53,770 nt of DNA, from IMG/VR virus record IMGVR_UViG_3300031227_000061, positions 1 to 53,770 of that record; one strand, 5' to 3'. The position numbers were made by a program, and so were the translations under genes. The notes beneath the pieces are model-generated. The model was not told the origin of the DNA. It did not search any database and saw nothing but the letters and a program-made list of their open reading frames with translations. Origin of the DNA: a virus. Its lineage: Duplodnaviria; Caudoviricetes. Of this stretch, positions 18,147 to 27,290 are shown in pieces; the stretch's first letter is position 1, and every line of letters starts with the position of its first letter.

Positions 18147-19009
18147 GCCAGCGTCAACTGCCCTTTGCGGTAGGGCCGATGGTGCTGGTACTCCGCGAAC
18201 GGCACGGCCTGCGTGTAGCGCAAGTTCGCGTAGTATGAACAGGTGCGATCAAGTTCCTTGTGTGTCCACGCCGGATGCACATAGGAGTTCTTTTCGAGTG
18301 CGTCCAGCGGCTGATAGCGCATCGGGAACGGCCTGTATCCGCGCTCCACGACCGCCCCCAGGCGATACTGTGCGTCTTCCGGCGTGTCATCGAAGCCGAT
18401 GAGACAGTAGATGTACACCGCCGTCTTCGGGAAGCCGGCCGCCGCGATCTGCTCCACGGCACTCCACACGGCTGCCTCTTCGCCCAATGCGTCCCATCCC
18501 ATGCGCAGGTGCTTGACGTCCAGGCTCTTCAGCATTTCGAGTCGTTCGGGCGTCAGGAACCTCGGCTCGATGCCCTGCAGGTCAACCGCTTCCTGCCCCC
18601 GCAGGCTTTCCACCACGCGGGCAAAGTGCTTGTCGCTGCAGGCCATCAAGTTGCTGTCGCAGAGTATGCGCCCCGCCGGCCAGTCCGCGAGTTCCTGGTA
18701 TTCGCCCTCGATCCGGCGAACGCCGCAGAATGCGCAGGACATAGGGCACCCGCGAGTGGTGCGGGTTGCATCGCGATGGTACTTCGTCAGGGGCGCCTGA
18801 AGCAGCGTCATTGGCGCCGTATCTGCCCATTCGGCGACGTACTCGGGCATCAGTTGGACGGCAGGGCCTCCCGCCACGGCCCGTTCTGCACCATGCGCGA
18901 GGACCAACGCCCGCGCTTTCGGTAAGAGCCAGGTGAACGGGACCGAGATGCACAAGCGGCCCTGCTCTCGCCACGAGATAATGTCCTTATGCCAAGTCGT
19001 GTCAGCCAT
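18143..19009 (-). CDS. Radical SAM protein (truncated B12-binding-like N-terminus)
   Basis: TTRGCPMSCAFC CxxxCxxC motif, AGGP motif, YCLIGF. Confidence 0.9.
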   Translation of the reverse strand: MADTTWHKDIISWREQGRLCISVPFTWLLPKARALVLAHGAERAVAGGPAVQLMPEYVAEWADTAPMTLLQAPLTKYHRDATRTTRGCPMSCAFCGVRRIEGEYQELADWPAGRILCDSNLMACSDKHFARVVESLRGQEAVDLQGIEPRFLTPERLEMLKSLDVKHLRMGWDALGEEAAVWSAVEQIAAAGFPKTAVYIYCLIGFDDTPEDAQYRLGAVVERGYRPFPMRYQPLDALEKNSYVHPAWTHKELDRTCSYYANLRYTQAVPFAEYQHHRPYRKGQLTLA

Positions 19010-19015
19010 GCCCCC

Positions 19016-19051
19016 AGTCTATCGGTCCATCCGCCACGCAGCTACCGACCT
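19016..19051 (-). promoter_or_regulatory. Putative phage-specific promoter 2: AGGTCGGTAGC-N19-TAGACT (possibly leaderless)
   Basis: 16-bp identity with copy 1; the radical SAM ATG lies 6 nt after the hexamer. Confidence 0.7.
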
Positions 19052-19311
19052 GCAGCCCCAATCATCCGCTGCAACGTCACCCGCTCTTTGCACAGGTCCA
19101 CATAGTACCCACGGGCCTTCTGAGCACGCGGCTTGTCGGCAAGTGGCCCCATGGCCCCAATGGCCTCTTCAACCTTCCCCAGGCGCTCCTGTGCGGCCCG
19201 GATAACGTCCTCATCAAGTGCCTTCGCGGCGTGCCGTCGCCCTTCGGCGTGTGCCGTCAGCTTGCGGAGGCCGGCCACGGACGCCTCGTGCTGCTCTCGC
19301 GTGATTGCCAC
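19042..19311 (-). CDS. Hypothetical helical protein
   Basis: 89 aa ORF translationally coupled to the helicase gene. Confidence 0.6.
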   Translation of the reverse strand: MAITREQHEASVAGLRKLTAHAEGRRHAAKALDEDVIRAAQERLGKVEEAIGAMGPLADKPRAQKARGYYVDLCKERVTLQRMIGAAGR

Positions 19312-22300
19312 TATGCCGCCGCCTCCGAGGTGTTGGTGATCTTCCGCGCGTCTTGCTCAAGGTTGTGGTGATACATGCTCCTGATGAGCCCCGCGCGGCC
19401 CGTGTCGTCGAGGAGCTCCGTCGCCTCCTGGAATGTGCTACCCAGCTCGTACTTGTCTTTGACGCGCTGTGCGTTGCGCTTGTCGAGTGGCGTGTCGGCG
19501 ATGGCGTTATGGACGTACACCTGCTCACGCAACTGCCCGATCCGGTGCATACGGCCGGTTCGCTGCTCGTGTGTCTTCGCCGTCATCGGCTGATCGTAGT
19601 GGTACAGCCAGCCGGCGCGTTGCAGGTTGGCGCCACACGCCGCCGCGTCGGACGCGATGAGAATGTCACTCTTTGCGGCCTCTCGCGACGCCTTCGCGCG
19701 TTCCGCCGGCGACATGCCGTCGGTGTCCAGCGGCGGATGGAAATTGAGCCGCGCCACTTCCTTCTCAGTTGACTGGTTCTCGCCGGTCAGGATGCCGACG
19801 CGGTAGCCGGCTTTCTCCATCTGCTTCTTCAGCATCCGGCAGCTTGCCAGGTTGTGCGCGAACACGATCCCGGGCAACTGCCCGCCGTCGTCGTCTTTCG
19901 CGGCGTACTCCTGCGCCGTCGCCATGACGTGCTGCAGCTTTGCGTTCTGCTCTGGCGGCACGTCATCGGAAGCGTTCTGGATCCGACTCAGGGCAATGTC
20001 TCTCAACATGCCCGCCGCCGATCCGCGCTCAACGGCAATCGCCTTCGCTTCTTCGTCAGTCGCGCCCTCAAAAGAGCGAGGAGAGAGCGTTCGCAGGGCT
20101 GCAACATGCTCCGGGGAACCGGGTTCGGCGACCTGTGCTTTGCGATAGCTGGCCAGCACCTCCCGATAGGCGTCTCCCTGATGCTTCGAGAGCTTGATTT
20201 CGTGGTCTTTGACGACCATTTCGGAATCCGGCGAAATCTTCGTCGCGTACACGTACGGGGCCATTTCGCGCTGCAGGGCCTCGCGCGTCGCCTTCGTGTC
20301 GAGCCCGTAGCGGCGATGAAACTCCTTGTAGCGGCTCTTGGGATACAGGTCGGGCCGCAGCTTGTGGAGGACGTCGAATGCCTCCGACGTGTCGTTCTTA
20401 ACCGGAGTTCCGGTGGCATTTACGTGATAATCATGAGCCGTCGTCAGGTCGTCAAGGGCGTTCGCCATGACGCTGTTCGGCTTGCCCACACGGTTGAGGA
20501 GATCGTGCCCCTCGTCGATCATCGAGAAGTCGAACGTCCAGCCGGCGTCTTTCAGTGCTTCCTGCACCTGCGGGCGGCGCTCTTCCTCTTTCGTCTGTCG
20601 CATCCAGGTCGCGGCGGCCGTCACGTCCCCGCCGAACCGCTGTTGCGCCACTTCGTACACAATGTCATCGCGCATCGCCTGATGGGTCACGAAAACCATA
20701 TCGACCTTCGGGTCCTTGTAGGCCGCGAGGCGTTGCGACAGGGGCATACCGGCGGCCACTTTCCAGCGATACCCGCGGGTGCCGTCGGCAGAGTGCGGCT
20801 CGAGGAACCGGAGCGCCTCAGAGCCAAACTGCCCGGCGACCACGGACGGCACGGCGAAGATGCCCTTCGAGACTTTGCCCTGCTTCTGCAGGTTGGTGAA
20901 GGAGCCGAGGCCCATCAACGTCTTGCCAGACCCCACGCCGGCATGAACGCCGACGCGCCCCTGCCTTTCCACGAGCTTTACGGCACGCTGCTGAGGAGCG
21001 TACTTGCCATCCATCGAGACGGCCGGCGGAAGGCTTACGGCCTGCCCCGGACGAAAGTTCACCGCAAGTTGCGGCATGATCGCCGCCAGTTGCTGCTCTA
21101 CGCCGTCGCCGAGGGTGGCGCGTTCTGACAGCGGCTTGTACTCGTCTTTGTCCGCGTCATCGTCGAAGTCGAAGCCGAATGACGACTGGTGCGCGTTGCG
21201 CTCGTCTTGGAGTATTTTATCTACAAACTTACGCCGCTCGCCCGGCAGGAATTTCCCTTTCTCATCGCGAAGCGCCACGTTCGCGCCAATCTTTGCGCGC
21301 CTGCTGGTTTCTTCCTCGATCTTCCGTTCCCGCTCTTCTGCCGTCATGGTGCCGATGGTGAACCGATCCCAGTTGGGGACCTGCTTCGTGCCGGCCTTGA
21401 GTGCCGCGCCTGTGCGCGAGCCGTACTGCTTCGCGAATGTCTCGAGGAACGCCCCGCGCATATGGTCGCGTACGGCGTCGTGTGCGTCGGAGACCGACGA
21501 GAACGACGACACAAAGCGTTCCCATGCGTCCGGCGGGGCTTCCGTCGGTTCCCCTTCCGCCGCGCCACGGGCAACCTCGATCTCTTCGCCGAAGATGTTG
21601 GTCTGCACGCCGGCGGTCTCTTCTGCCCGCGTCTGTGCCGTACGGACGGCCTCACGCGCCGTTGTCGCGTCCTCGCGGCTGTCGGCGGTCAGGTGCTCCC
21701 AGAAGTAGTCACGGAGTGCCGACTGTACCTGGTGCCGGTTGTCCTCCGAGACGGGTGCGAATGCCATCGCCGCCTCCGGCATTTCGGTGAGCGTGGCGTG
21801 AACCGTCTCGTCAGTGATGTGCCCGAGTATGATGGTCTGAGCCCCGAGCGTCGGCACGTCCTCTGCCAATTCGCCGCGGTGGATCATCTTCTGCCGGGCG
21901 GCCTCGGTTCGTTCGGCGTACCACGCCGCCTGTTCGTCGGTGTCGAGGTCATCAGGTGGGAAATAGTCGCGAATGGCGTCATTGTAAGCACGCTGCAGGT
22001 CATTTGGGACGTTCTGCGAGATGAATGCCTGCGTTGTGGCCTCTCGTCGCACCGCCCGCGGGTTGTACGGGTTGTCGGCAAGGGCACGGTCGAGAAAGTC
22101 GAATGTCTCTTCCTGCACGGCGTCGGGCGCCATGCCGGTGTCGAGGGCGATATCCCGCTTGAATGCGAACGCCGCTTCGGCCTCGGGGTACGTGATTTCC
22201 TGCGACGGGTCCCGGAAGCCGGCCGGCAGCCAGCCGTCCTCGTCCTGCTCTCCGGACTTGATGGCGACGGCGTCCTTATAGTCCTGCGCCGCTTCCGGCG

Positions 22301-24203
22301 ACGGCGGGTTGAGGAGCTTGTACTCCGCTTCCGGCGCGATCCGGAGATACTTGTTGTTGAGGTCAGAAACCACTTCATGCTCGCCGGCGTCGAGGCCGAA
22401 TGCCGCGGCGAGTTGATGCGCCTGCTTCGAGCTTATCTGGCCGAGGGATGCCTTGATTTCGGCCGGGTTGTCATTCATCATCGCGAAGTTCAGCGTGCCG
22501 ATAAACTCCAGCCGGCCGAGGGCCTCGCCCAGGGTAGACGCCGCTTCGTCCAGCAACTCCTTCCGCTGCTCATTCAACTGCTGCACCATCATCAGGTCGT
22601 CGGCGTCGCAGTCGGAAAGCGTCTTCATGCCGGCGACCATCGCGTCCGCCTGCTTGATGAGGGCAGCACCACGGGTTGCGGCCCCGCGTGCGATCTGCGC
22701 CTGTGTTTCGGCGGGTCTTAGATTTTGTACAGCGCGTTCCTCGTTGATTTCCTGTAGGTCCTCGACGGTTGCCGTATGCGCCCGTTCAAGCCCGTTGCGG
22801 ATGGCGCGGAACATGGCGGGGCTGTCCTTGTACTTTTCCTTCCAGGTGTTCGCCAACAGCGTTGCCGTCGCGTCGAGGCCGATGTGGTCGGCAACGAGAC
22901 GGTCAATCGGGCACGGCTCCTGCATGATGCCTTGCGCTATGTCCATCATTTCGGCGTAGCGGCCGGTGTTGATGTGCTCTTCAGCAGGGGCCGCCGCCGG
23001 GTGGTTCTCCTGCGCGTCCTCGATGGTGGACATGAGCGTGTCGAGTGACTGCTTCATGTTCTTCTGATGGAAGTCGGCTTTGAGCGCCTCTTCGAGCTGC
23101 TCCCTATCACGCTTGCCGATATTCTGTGACACAACAAGCGAGACACCCTTCGTGATTTCGAGCACCTGATCGGCGTCGGACGCCCGCCCGAGCTTGTTGA
23201 TTTCCGAGTTGACCGCGGCCATCTTCTGCTTGTACTCCTGGCGGGCCATCAGAACGTCTTTGAGCTTCGCGGGGTCGATGGGCTTTTCTGCGCCCTTGAC
23301 GCGATGCAGGCCCTCTTCCCGCAACGGCTTGTCGGCTTCCCGTGCCGAGGCCGCCCCGGCCAATAGTTTCTGCGTCATTTCCTCCGCGATTTCGGCGTCC
23401 GCAATGTAGCCGCTCTCTTCGGCAGCGGCGAACGACGCCAGCCGCGTTTCTTCGGATAGCTCGCCGGCTTCCTCGCCGCCAAGCCCGTTCTCTTCCGCGA
23501 ATGCCTTCAGGCTGTCCATGTAACCGAGCCCGGTGGTGTCTTTCTGCGCGGACGTGTCAATATCGCCCAGCGACACTTCGCCCATTTCCGCAGCGCGCTT
23601 GTCATTGTGATACTTGAGGAGCTTCTCTTCCTCCTCCGCAATGCGCTTGTCTACTTCAGCCATGGCGCTCTTCTGGCGGGCACGCTCAAACCGTGCGCGC
23701 TGCTTCTCGGGCATCTGCTGCGCAATGTCATCCGGCAGCCGCACTGACTCTTCCCAGCCCTGCGCCTCCGAGATCGCGGCAAGGTATTCTGCCGTAGCCT
23801 CTTCCTTGGCACTCGCGAGTTGCTCCGCCGCTTCCGCCTTCGCCGCCTTGGCGTGTTCCGGCAGTGCTTCATTGCGTTGCTGCTTTGCCTGCTGCCGTTC
23901 CCGCGCCGTCTGCTTCCACTCTTTCTCCGACCGCAGGCGCGTGAGCTTCATCGCATTCAGCTTGCCGCCGGCCCCGCCGACCACCGTGCCCGTGCCGTCC
24001 GAGTTCACCCGGATCTTGATGGGCATGCCCTTGGAGTCGTCGCCGCCCGGGTGGACCGTGATCCACTTGTAGTCCGGCTCATCGACGGCTTTGTACAGGA
24101 CCACCGACTTTGTGAGCGTCCCCCAGCGGATAAGGGCGTCCAGGACGTTCGCCGGGATGTGCTTCGGCAGGCGATAGGTTTTGTCGGCGACGCGGATGAG
24201 CAT
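19311..24203 (-). CDS. Giant protein with C-terminal SNF2/SF2 helicase (DarB-like position in head module)
   Basis: GVGSGKT, DEGH, ATGTPVKN, GANLQ and QRTGRMHRIGQ motifs; about 1050 aa helical N-terminus. Confidence 0.9.
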   Translation of the reverse strand: MLIRVADKTYRLPKHIPANVLDALIRWGTLTKSVVLYKAVDEPDYKWITVHPGGDDSKGMPIKIRVNSDGTGTVVGGAGGKLNAMKLTRLRSEKEWKQTARERQQAKQQRNEALPEHAKAAKAEAAEQLASAKEEATAEYLAAISEAQGWEESVRLPDDIAQQMPEKQRARFERARQKSAMAEVDKRIAEEEEKLLKYHNDKRAAEMGEVSLGDIDTSAQKDTTGLGYMDSLKAFAEENGLGGEEAGELSEETRLASFAAAEESGYIADAEIAEEMTQKLLAGAASAREADKPLREEGLHRVKGAEKPIDPAKLKDVLMARQEYKQKMAAVNSEINKLGRASDADQVLEITKGVSLVVSQNIGKRDREQLEEALKADFHQKNMKQSLDTLMSTIEDAQENHPAAAPAEEHINTGRYAEMMDIAQGIMQEPCPIDRLVADHIGLDATATLLANTWKEKYKDSPAMFRAIRNGLERAHTATVEDLQEINEERAVQNLRPAETQAQIARGAATRGAALIKQADAMVAGMKTLSDCDADDLMMVQQLNEQRKELLDEAASTLGEALGRLEFIGTLNFAMMNDNPAEIKASLGQISSKQAHQLAAAFGLDAGEHEVVSDLNNKYLRIAPEAEYKLLNPPSPEAAQDYKDAVAIKSGEQDEDGWLPAGFRDPSQEITYPEAEAAFAFKRDIALDTGMAPDAVQEETFDFLDRALADNPYNPRAVRREATTQAFISQNVPNDLQRAYNDAIRDYFPPDDLDTDEQAAWYAERTEAARQKMIHRGELAEDVPTLGAQTIILGHITDETVHATLTEMPEAAMAFAPVSEDNRHQVQSALRDYFWEHLTADSREDATTAREAVRTAQTRAEETAGVQTNIFGEEIEVARGAAEGEPTEAPPDAWERFVSSFSSVSDAHDAVRDHMRGAFLETFAKQYGSRTGAALKAGTKQVPNWDRFTIGTMTAEERERKIEEETSRRAKIGANVALRDEKGKFLPGERRKFVDKILQDERNAHQSSFGFDFDDDADKDEYKPLSERATLGDGVEQQLAAIMPQLAVNFRPGQAVSLPPAVSMDGKYAPQQRAVKLVERQGRVGVHAGVGSGKTLMGLGSFTNLQKQGKVSKGIFAVPSVVAGQFGSEALRFLEPHSADGTRGYRWKVAAGMPLSQRLAAYKDPKVDMVFVTHQAMRDDIVYEVAQQRFGGDVTAAATWMRQTKEEERRPQVQEALKDAGWTFDFSMIDEGHDLLNRVGKPNSVMANALDDLTTAHDYHVNATGTPVKNDTSEAFDVLHKLRPDLYPKSRYKEFHRRYGLDTKATREALQREMAPYVYATKISPDSEMVVKDHEIKLSKHQGDAYREVLASYRKAQVAEPGSPEHVAALRTLSPRSFEGATDEEAKAIAVERGSAAGMLRDIALSRIQNASDDVPPEQNAKLQHVMATAQEYAAKDDDGGQLPGIVFAHNLASCRMLKKQMEKAGYRVGILTGENQSTEKEVARLNFHPPLDTDGMSPAERAKASREAAKSDILIASDAAACGANLQRAGWLYHYDQPMTAKTHEQRTGRMHRIGQLREQVYVHNAIADTPLDKRNAQRVKDKYELGSTFQEATELLDDTGRAGLIRSMYHHNLEQDARKITNTSEAAA

Positions 24204-27038
24204 TTAGGCGGTTCTCCTGAAGGCGACGGCGAAGCGGAGGGACTTGCGTACCACTTCCCCGATCTGCCGTAGCTGCTTCACCAGGTCTGCGTCATAGGGT
24301 ACGCGCCAGCCGATAGCACCAGCGCCACCGGTCTGGACATTGTTGAGACTCCAGTCGTCGCCATCCATGCCGTTGTTCCTGACATACCAGATATGGGTGT
24401 TGCCAATCACGAAGCGGTCCCCGCCACCGTGAGCATCAAATGTGTCCGCAATCACGTCGCCAAATGGCTTCGTTGGTCCGTCGGGCTTTTCTCCATCATT
24501 CATGATGTCTCTGGAGATTTGGTCGCGAACACTTTGCGCGCCAACCTGTTGGGCCGTTGCATCGCGCTCCGCCTGCGCGGGGGCGGCCTCTTCGCCCGTT
24601 GCGGGACGTGCCTCAATCGTCCACCCATAACCACCATCGGGGATGTCCATGAAGCCGAACGACATCGCGTCATCCTCGCTGTAGTACTTCGGTGCTCGCA
24701 GCTTGGTTACGACATAATCCTGGGGAGCGCCGTCTTTGCCATGGAGCGTTACCCTATCGCCCACTTTGTGGGGTGCATACTTGCCCGATGTCCCTACCCG
24801 GAATGTCTCAACTTCGGCCGGCGCCACGGGCGCGCTGTCGGCGGTCTTCTCCCCCTTCGGGAACACGACGGCGGTCTTCTTCGGGGCGGGCTTGTCGGCA
24901 TCGGTCGAGTTGGCGATGGACTCCAATTTCTTGCGGACACCATCGTACTTGCTCAACGGAAGTACCCACGCACGGTTCGGTTTGTCCCACCTGCCCTTGC
25001 GGTTCTTCAGGAATTTGCGGAGGTCGTCGTCATACGGCGTCTTCACTGCGATGGTCTTCTCGCCGACGGTGATGGAGTATGCGCCCGACTTCCAGTTCCG
25101 TTCGTCTTCGGCGACAGGCGTCTCCGCCGCCACTCCGGGAACGCTTTCATCGGCAGCGGGTTTGGCCTCGGGTGGTGGCGCGTTCCTCATTGCATCGCGG
25201 AGAGTATCCGTCGGGTTCGTCTGCATTTCCCACCAAGCGGGGTCAGTGATGGCAATGCACTTCTGCGCGGCGGCCAGTGCGGCGTCTCTCTGCTCCGGCG
25301 TTCCACGGTGCAACCGCGGGCGAACATCGCTGGCGTAGGTCGACATGAAATTGCGGCGGTTGTCGACGGCGCGGCGGGCGGTCGTGGTCTTGAAGCTCGG
25401 GCAGGCGGGCATACCCTTGGCCTCGTCCATCTCGGGCAGCGGGTATGTCTCTCTCCAGCAGGCGGTGCAACGCAAGCCCCTGAGATACTTCATGCCATCC
25501 GCGCTCACAGGACCAGGAACATTTTCGGTGTGCCCGCAAGACCTTCGCACGCTGACGCTTGTTGCGCCGGTGTCAGGTGTACTCTCTTCCTTCGGCTCTT
25601 CCACAGGCGCGGCAGGCTTCGGCACCGGCTGCTCCTGCTTCTTCGGTTCTCTCGCGGGCACCGGCACGTCTTCTTCGCCAGGGCCTTGGAATAGGCCGAG
25701 TTGCCCCGCTTCATCAGCCTTCTTCGTCCGCCGGTCCGTGTGCTGGGGGACCCAGATACGCTTCCCGTTCACCGTCCGATAGTGGCCCTTCACGACGCCT
25801 TTGTGCAGCCGCACCCACTTCGCGGCGTCCCCGAAAACGACGACCAACTTGCGCACGGATTTCGTCACTGCATCATCCCCAAACAGAGACGCCTGCTCCC
25901 GGCGGCGGACCCTCTGCCGGTTCCCGGCGTTCGCGGTTTCGTATTCGCCGCTGCTGCTGCCCATCGAGCGCACCGTGGCCCAGAAGTCGGCGTGGATGGT
26001 ATGCGGGCTGTACACGTTCCCGTACTCCGAGACGAGCCGCCTCAGCAACGGCGTGTGCGCTTTCTGCCCGTAGGCGTCGGGCGCCGACCAGGTACTCGTC
26101 ACGGCGACGCCGGAGCCGTCCTTGAGCGCCTGCGTGTGGACGGTGCCCATGAGCTTGCCTCGGGCGTCATAGATGCCGTAGCCGCGCTTCGCGCCCGCCC
26201 CGTGCTGCCGGAGCATGACGGGCAGGTCTTTCGCGATGAATGCCTGGTGGTCGGCGGTCGCCTTCCCGTACCGCTTCTCGAGCTGCTCTGCGGACCTCGA
26301 GGCGTGCTTCGAGTTCTTCATGGTGACGCGGGGGCCTTGTGCGCGCTGAGGCTCAGATGCGTCCCCGCCGTTGCCTGTCCGTGATTGACGGCTGTGCCCG
26401 CTCACTTGGACGGTTCGGCCGTTCACGCGGCGAGTGTACGGGGCGATAGGGGCGACGGCCTTTGAGAGCTTCTCGCCGGTCCCCAGCTTGAATACGTGCT
26501 TCTCGCCGTCGCGCTCAAACTGTACCGTCACCCGCGGCGCCGTCCACTTGAAGCTGGGCACGTCCACCCGCTTCTGTGCGGCACCGTTCTGCAGCGTCAC
26601 GTGCGGGTACCAGTCGTAATCGGTCTCTACGGCCTGCCAGTGGTGTTCAAGCGTCTCCCGCAAGTCCGCGTATGCCTCCGCCCCATGATCGACCTTGACG
26701 GTGCCCACGAGGGGCTTCTCGGGGCTGTCGAAGACGGCAGAGCCGGAGACCTCGCACTTGAGCGGGTCCGTGCGCGCGGCCCAGTCCTGCACGGCCGCCA
26801 GGATGGCTTCGCGGTCGGCGTCAGTCGTGACGCCTTCCTGCAGGTAGAGAACCGTCATATGCAGATCGTCTTCGAGGCGCGGGATGGCGGAGAACGCCTT
26901 GCGCGCCCGTGGAGGGAGCCAGACGGCGACGAATGCCGTCTTTGCCCCGACGGGGACCGAGACGCTCTTCATCAGCCCCCTCAGCCCGAACACCACCGCC
27001 GTCCGCTTCGGTTGTCTGCGGCGAAAGCCTATGAGCAT
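24204..27038 (-). CDS. Multidomain (polyvalent-type) protein: 2H phosphoesterase, GNAT-like, Cys/His knuckle, DUF5710-like and unknown C-terminal domains
   Basis: LHMTVLY and PHVTL (two HxT motifs); GNAT-like strands ending PDAYGQK; CGH...CTAC; TPYDD...K..KGRWD...AW. Confidence 0.8.
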   Translation of the reverse strand: MLIGFRRRQPKRTAVVFGLRGLMKSVSVPVGAKTAFVAVWLPPRARKAFSAIPRLEDDLHMTVLYLQEGVTTDADREAILAAVQDWAARTDPLKCEVSGSAVFDSPEKPLVGTVKVDHGAEAYADLRETLEHHWQAVETDYDWYPHVTLQNGAAQKRVDVPSFKWTAPRVTVQFERDGEKHVFKLGTGEKLSKAVAPIAPYTRRVNGRTVQVSGHSRQSRTGNGGDASEPQRAQGPRVTMKNSKHASRSAEQLEKRYGKATADHQAFIAKDLPVMLRQHGAGAKRGYGIYDARGKLMGTVHTQALKDGSGVAVTSTWSAPDAYGQKAHTPLLRRLVSEYGNVYSPHTIHADFWATVRSMGSSSGEYETANAGNRQRVRRREQASLFGDDAVTKSVRKLVVVFGDAAKWVRLHKGVVKGHYRTVNGKRIWVPQHTDRRTKKADEAGQLGLFQGPGEEDVPVPAREPKKQEQPVPKPAAPVEEPKEESTPDTGATSVSVRRSCGHTENVPGPVSADGMKYLRGLRCTACWRETYPLPEMDEAKGMPACPSFKTTTARRAVDNRRNFMSTYASDVRPRLHRGTPEQRDAALAAAQKCIAITDPAWWEMQTNPTDTLRDAMRNAPPPEAKPAADESVPGVAAETPVAEDERNWKSGAYSITVGEKTIAVKTPYDDDLRKFLKNRKGRWDKPNRAWVLPLSKYDGVRKKLESIANSTDADKPAPKKTAVVFPKGEKTADSAPVAPAEVETFRVGTSGKYAPHKVGDRVTLHGKDGAPQDYVVTKLRAPKYYSEDDAMSFGFMDIPDGGYGWTIEARPATGEEAAPAQAERDATAQQVGAQSVRDQISRDIMNDGEKPDGPTKPFGDVIADTFDAHGGGDRFVIGNTHIWYVRNNGMDGDDWSLNNVQTGGAGAIGWRVPYDADLVKQLRQIGEVVRKSLRFAVAFRRTA

Positions 27039-27290
27039 TCCGGCTCCTCAACAGGAAACTCTATCACGATGCCTTCATTGTCCTGCACGCGCCGGAGCAC
27101 CGGATGCAGCCCCGATGGCCGGTGTTCGTCACACGCCGTCAACGGCCTACAAGCCACGGCCTTCTCCATCAGCGGGTGCAGGCAGCCCCGGATGAACGCG
27201 GCATAGCCGTCCTCCGACGCCGTTGCCGCGGCCCTCCAGGTGGCGAACGCGCAGGTGGCGCAGGGGATGTCCGACCAGTCGGCGGTCATG
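27029..27290 (-). CDS. Small Cys-rich hypothetical protein
   Basis: CATC...C.H...C...C..H; ATG 27290 overlaps the upstream stop region. Confidence 0.55.
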
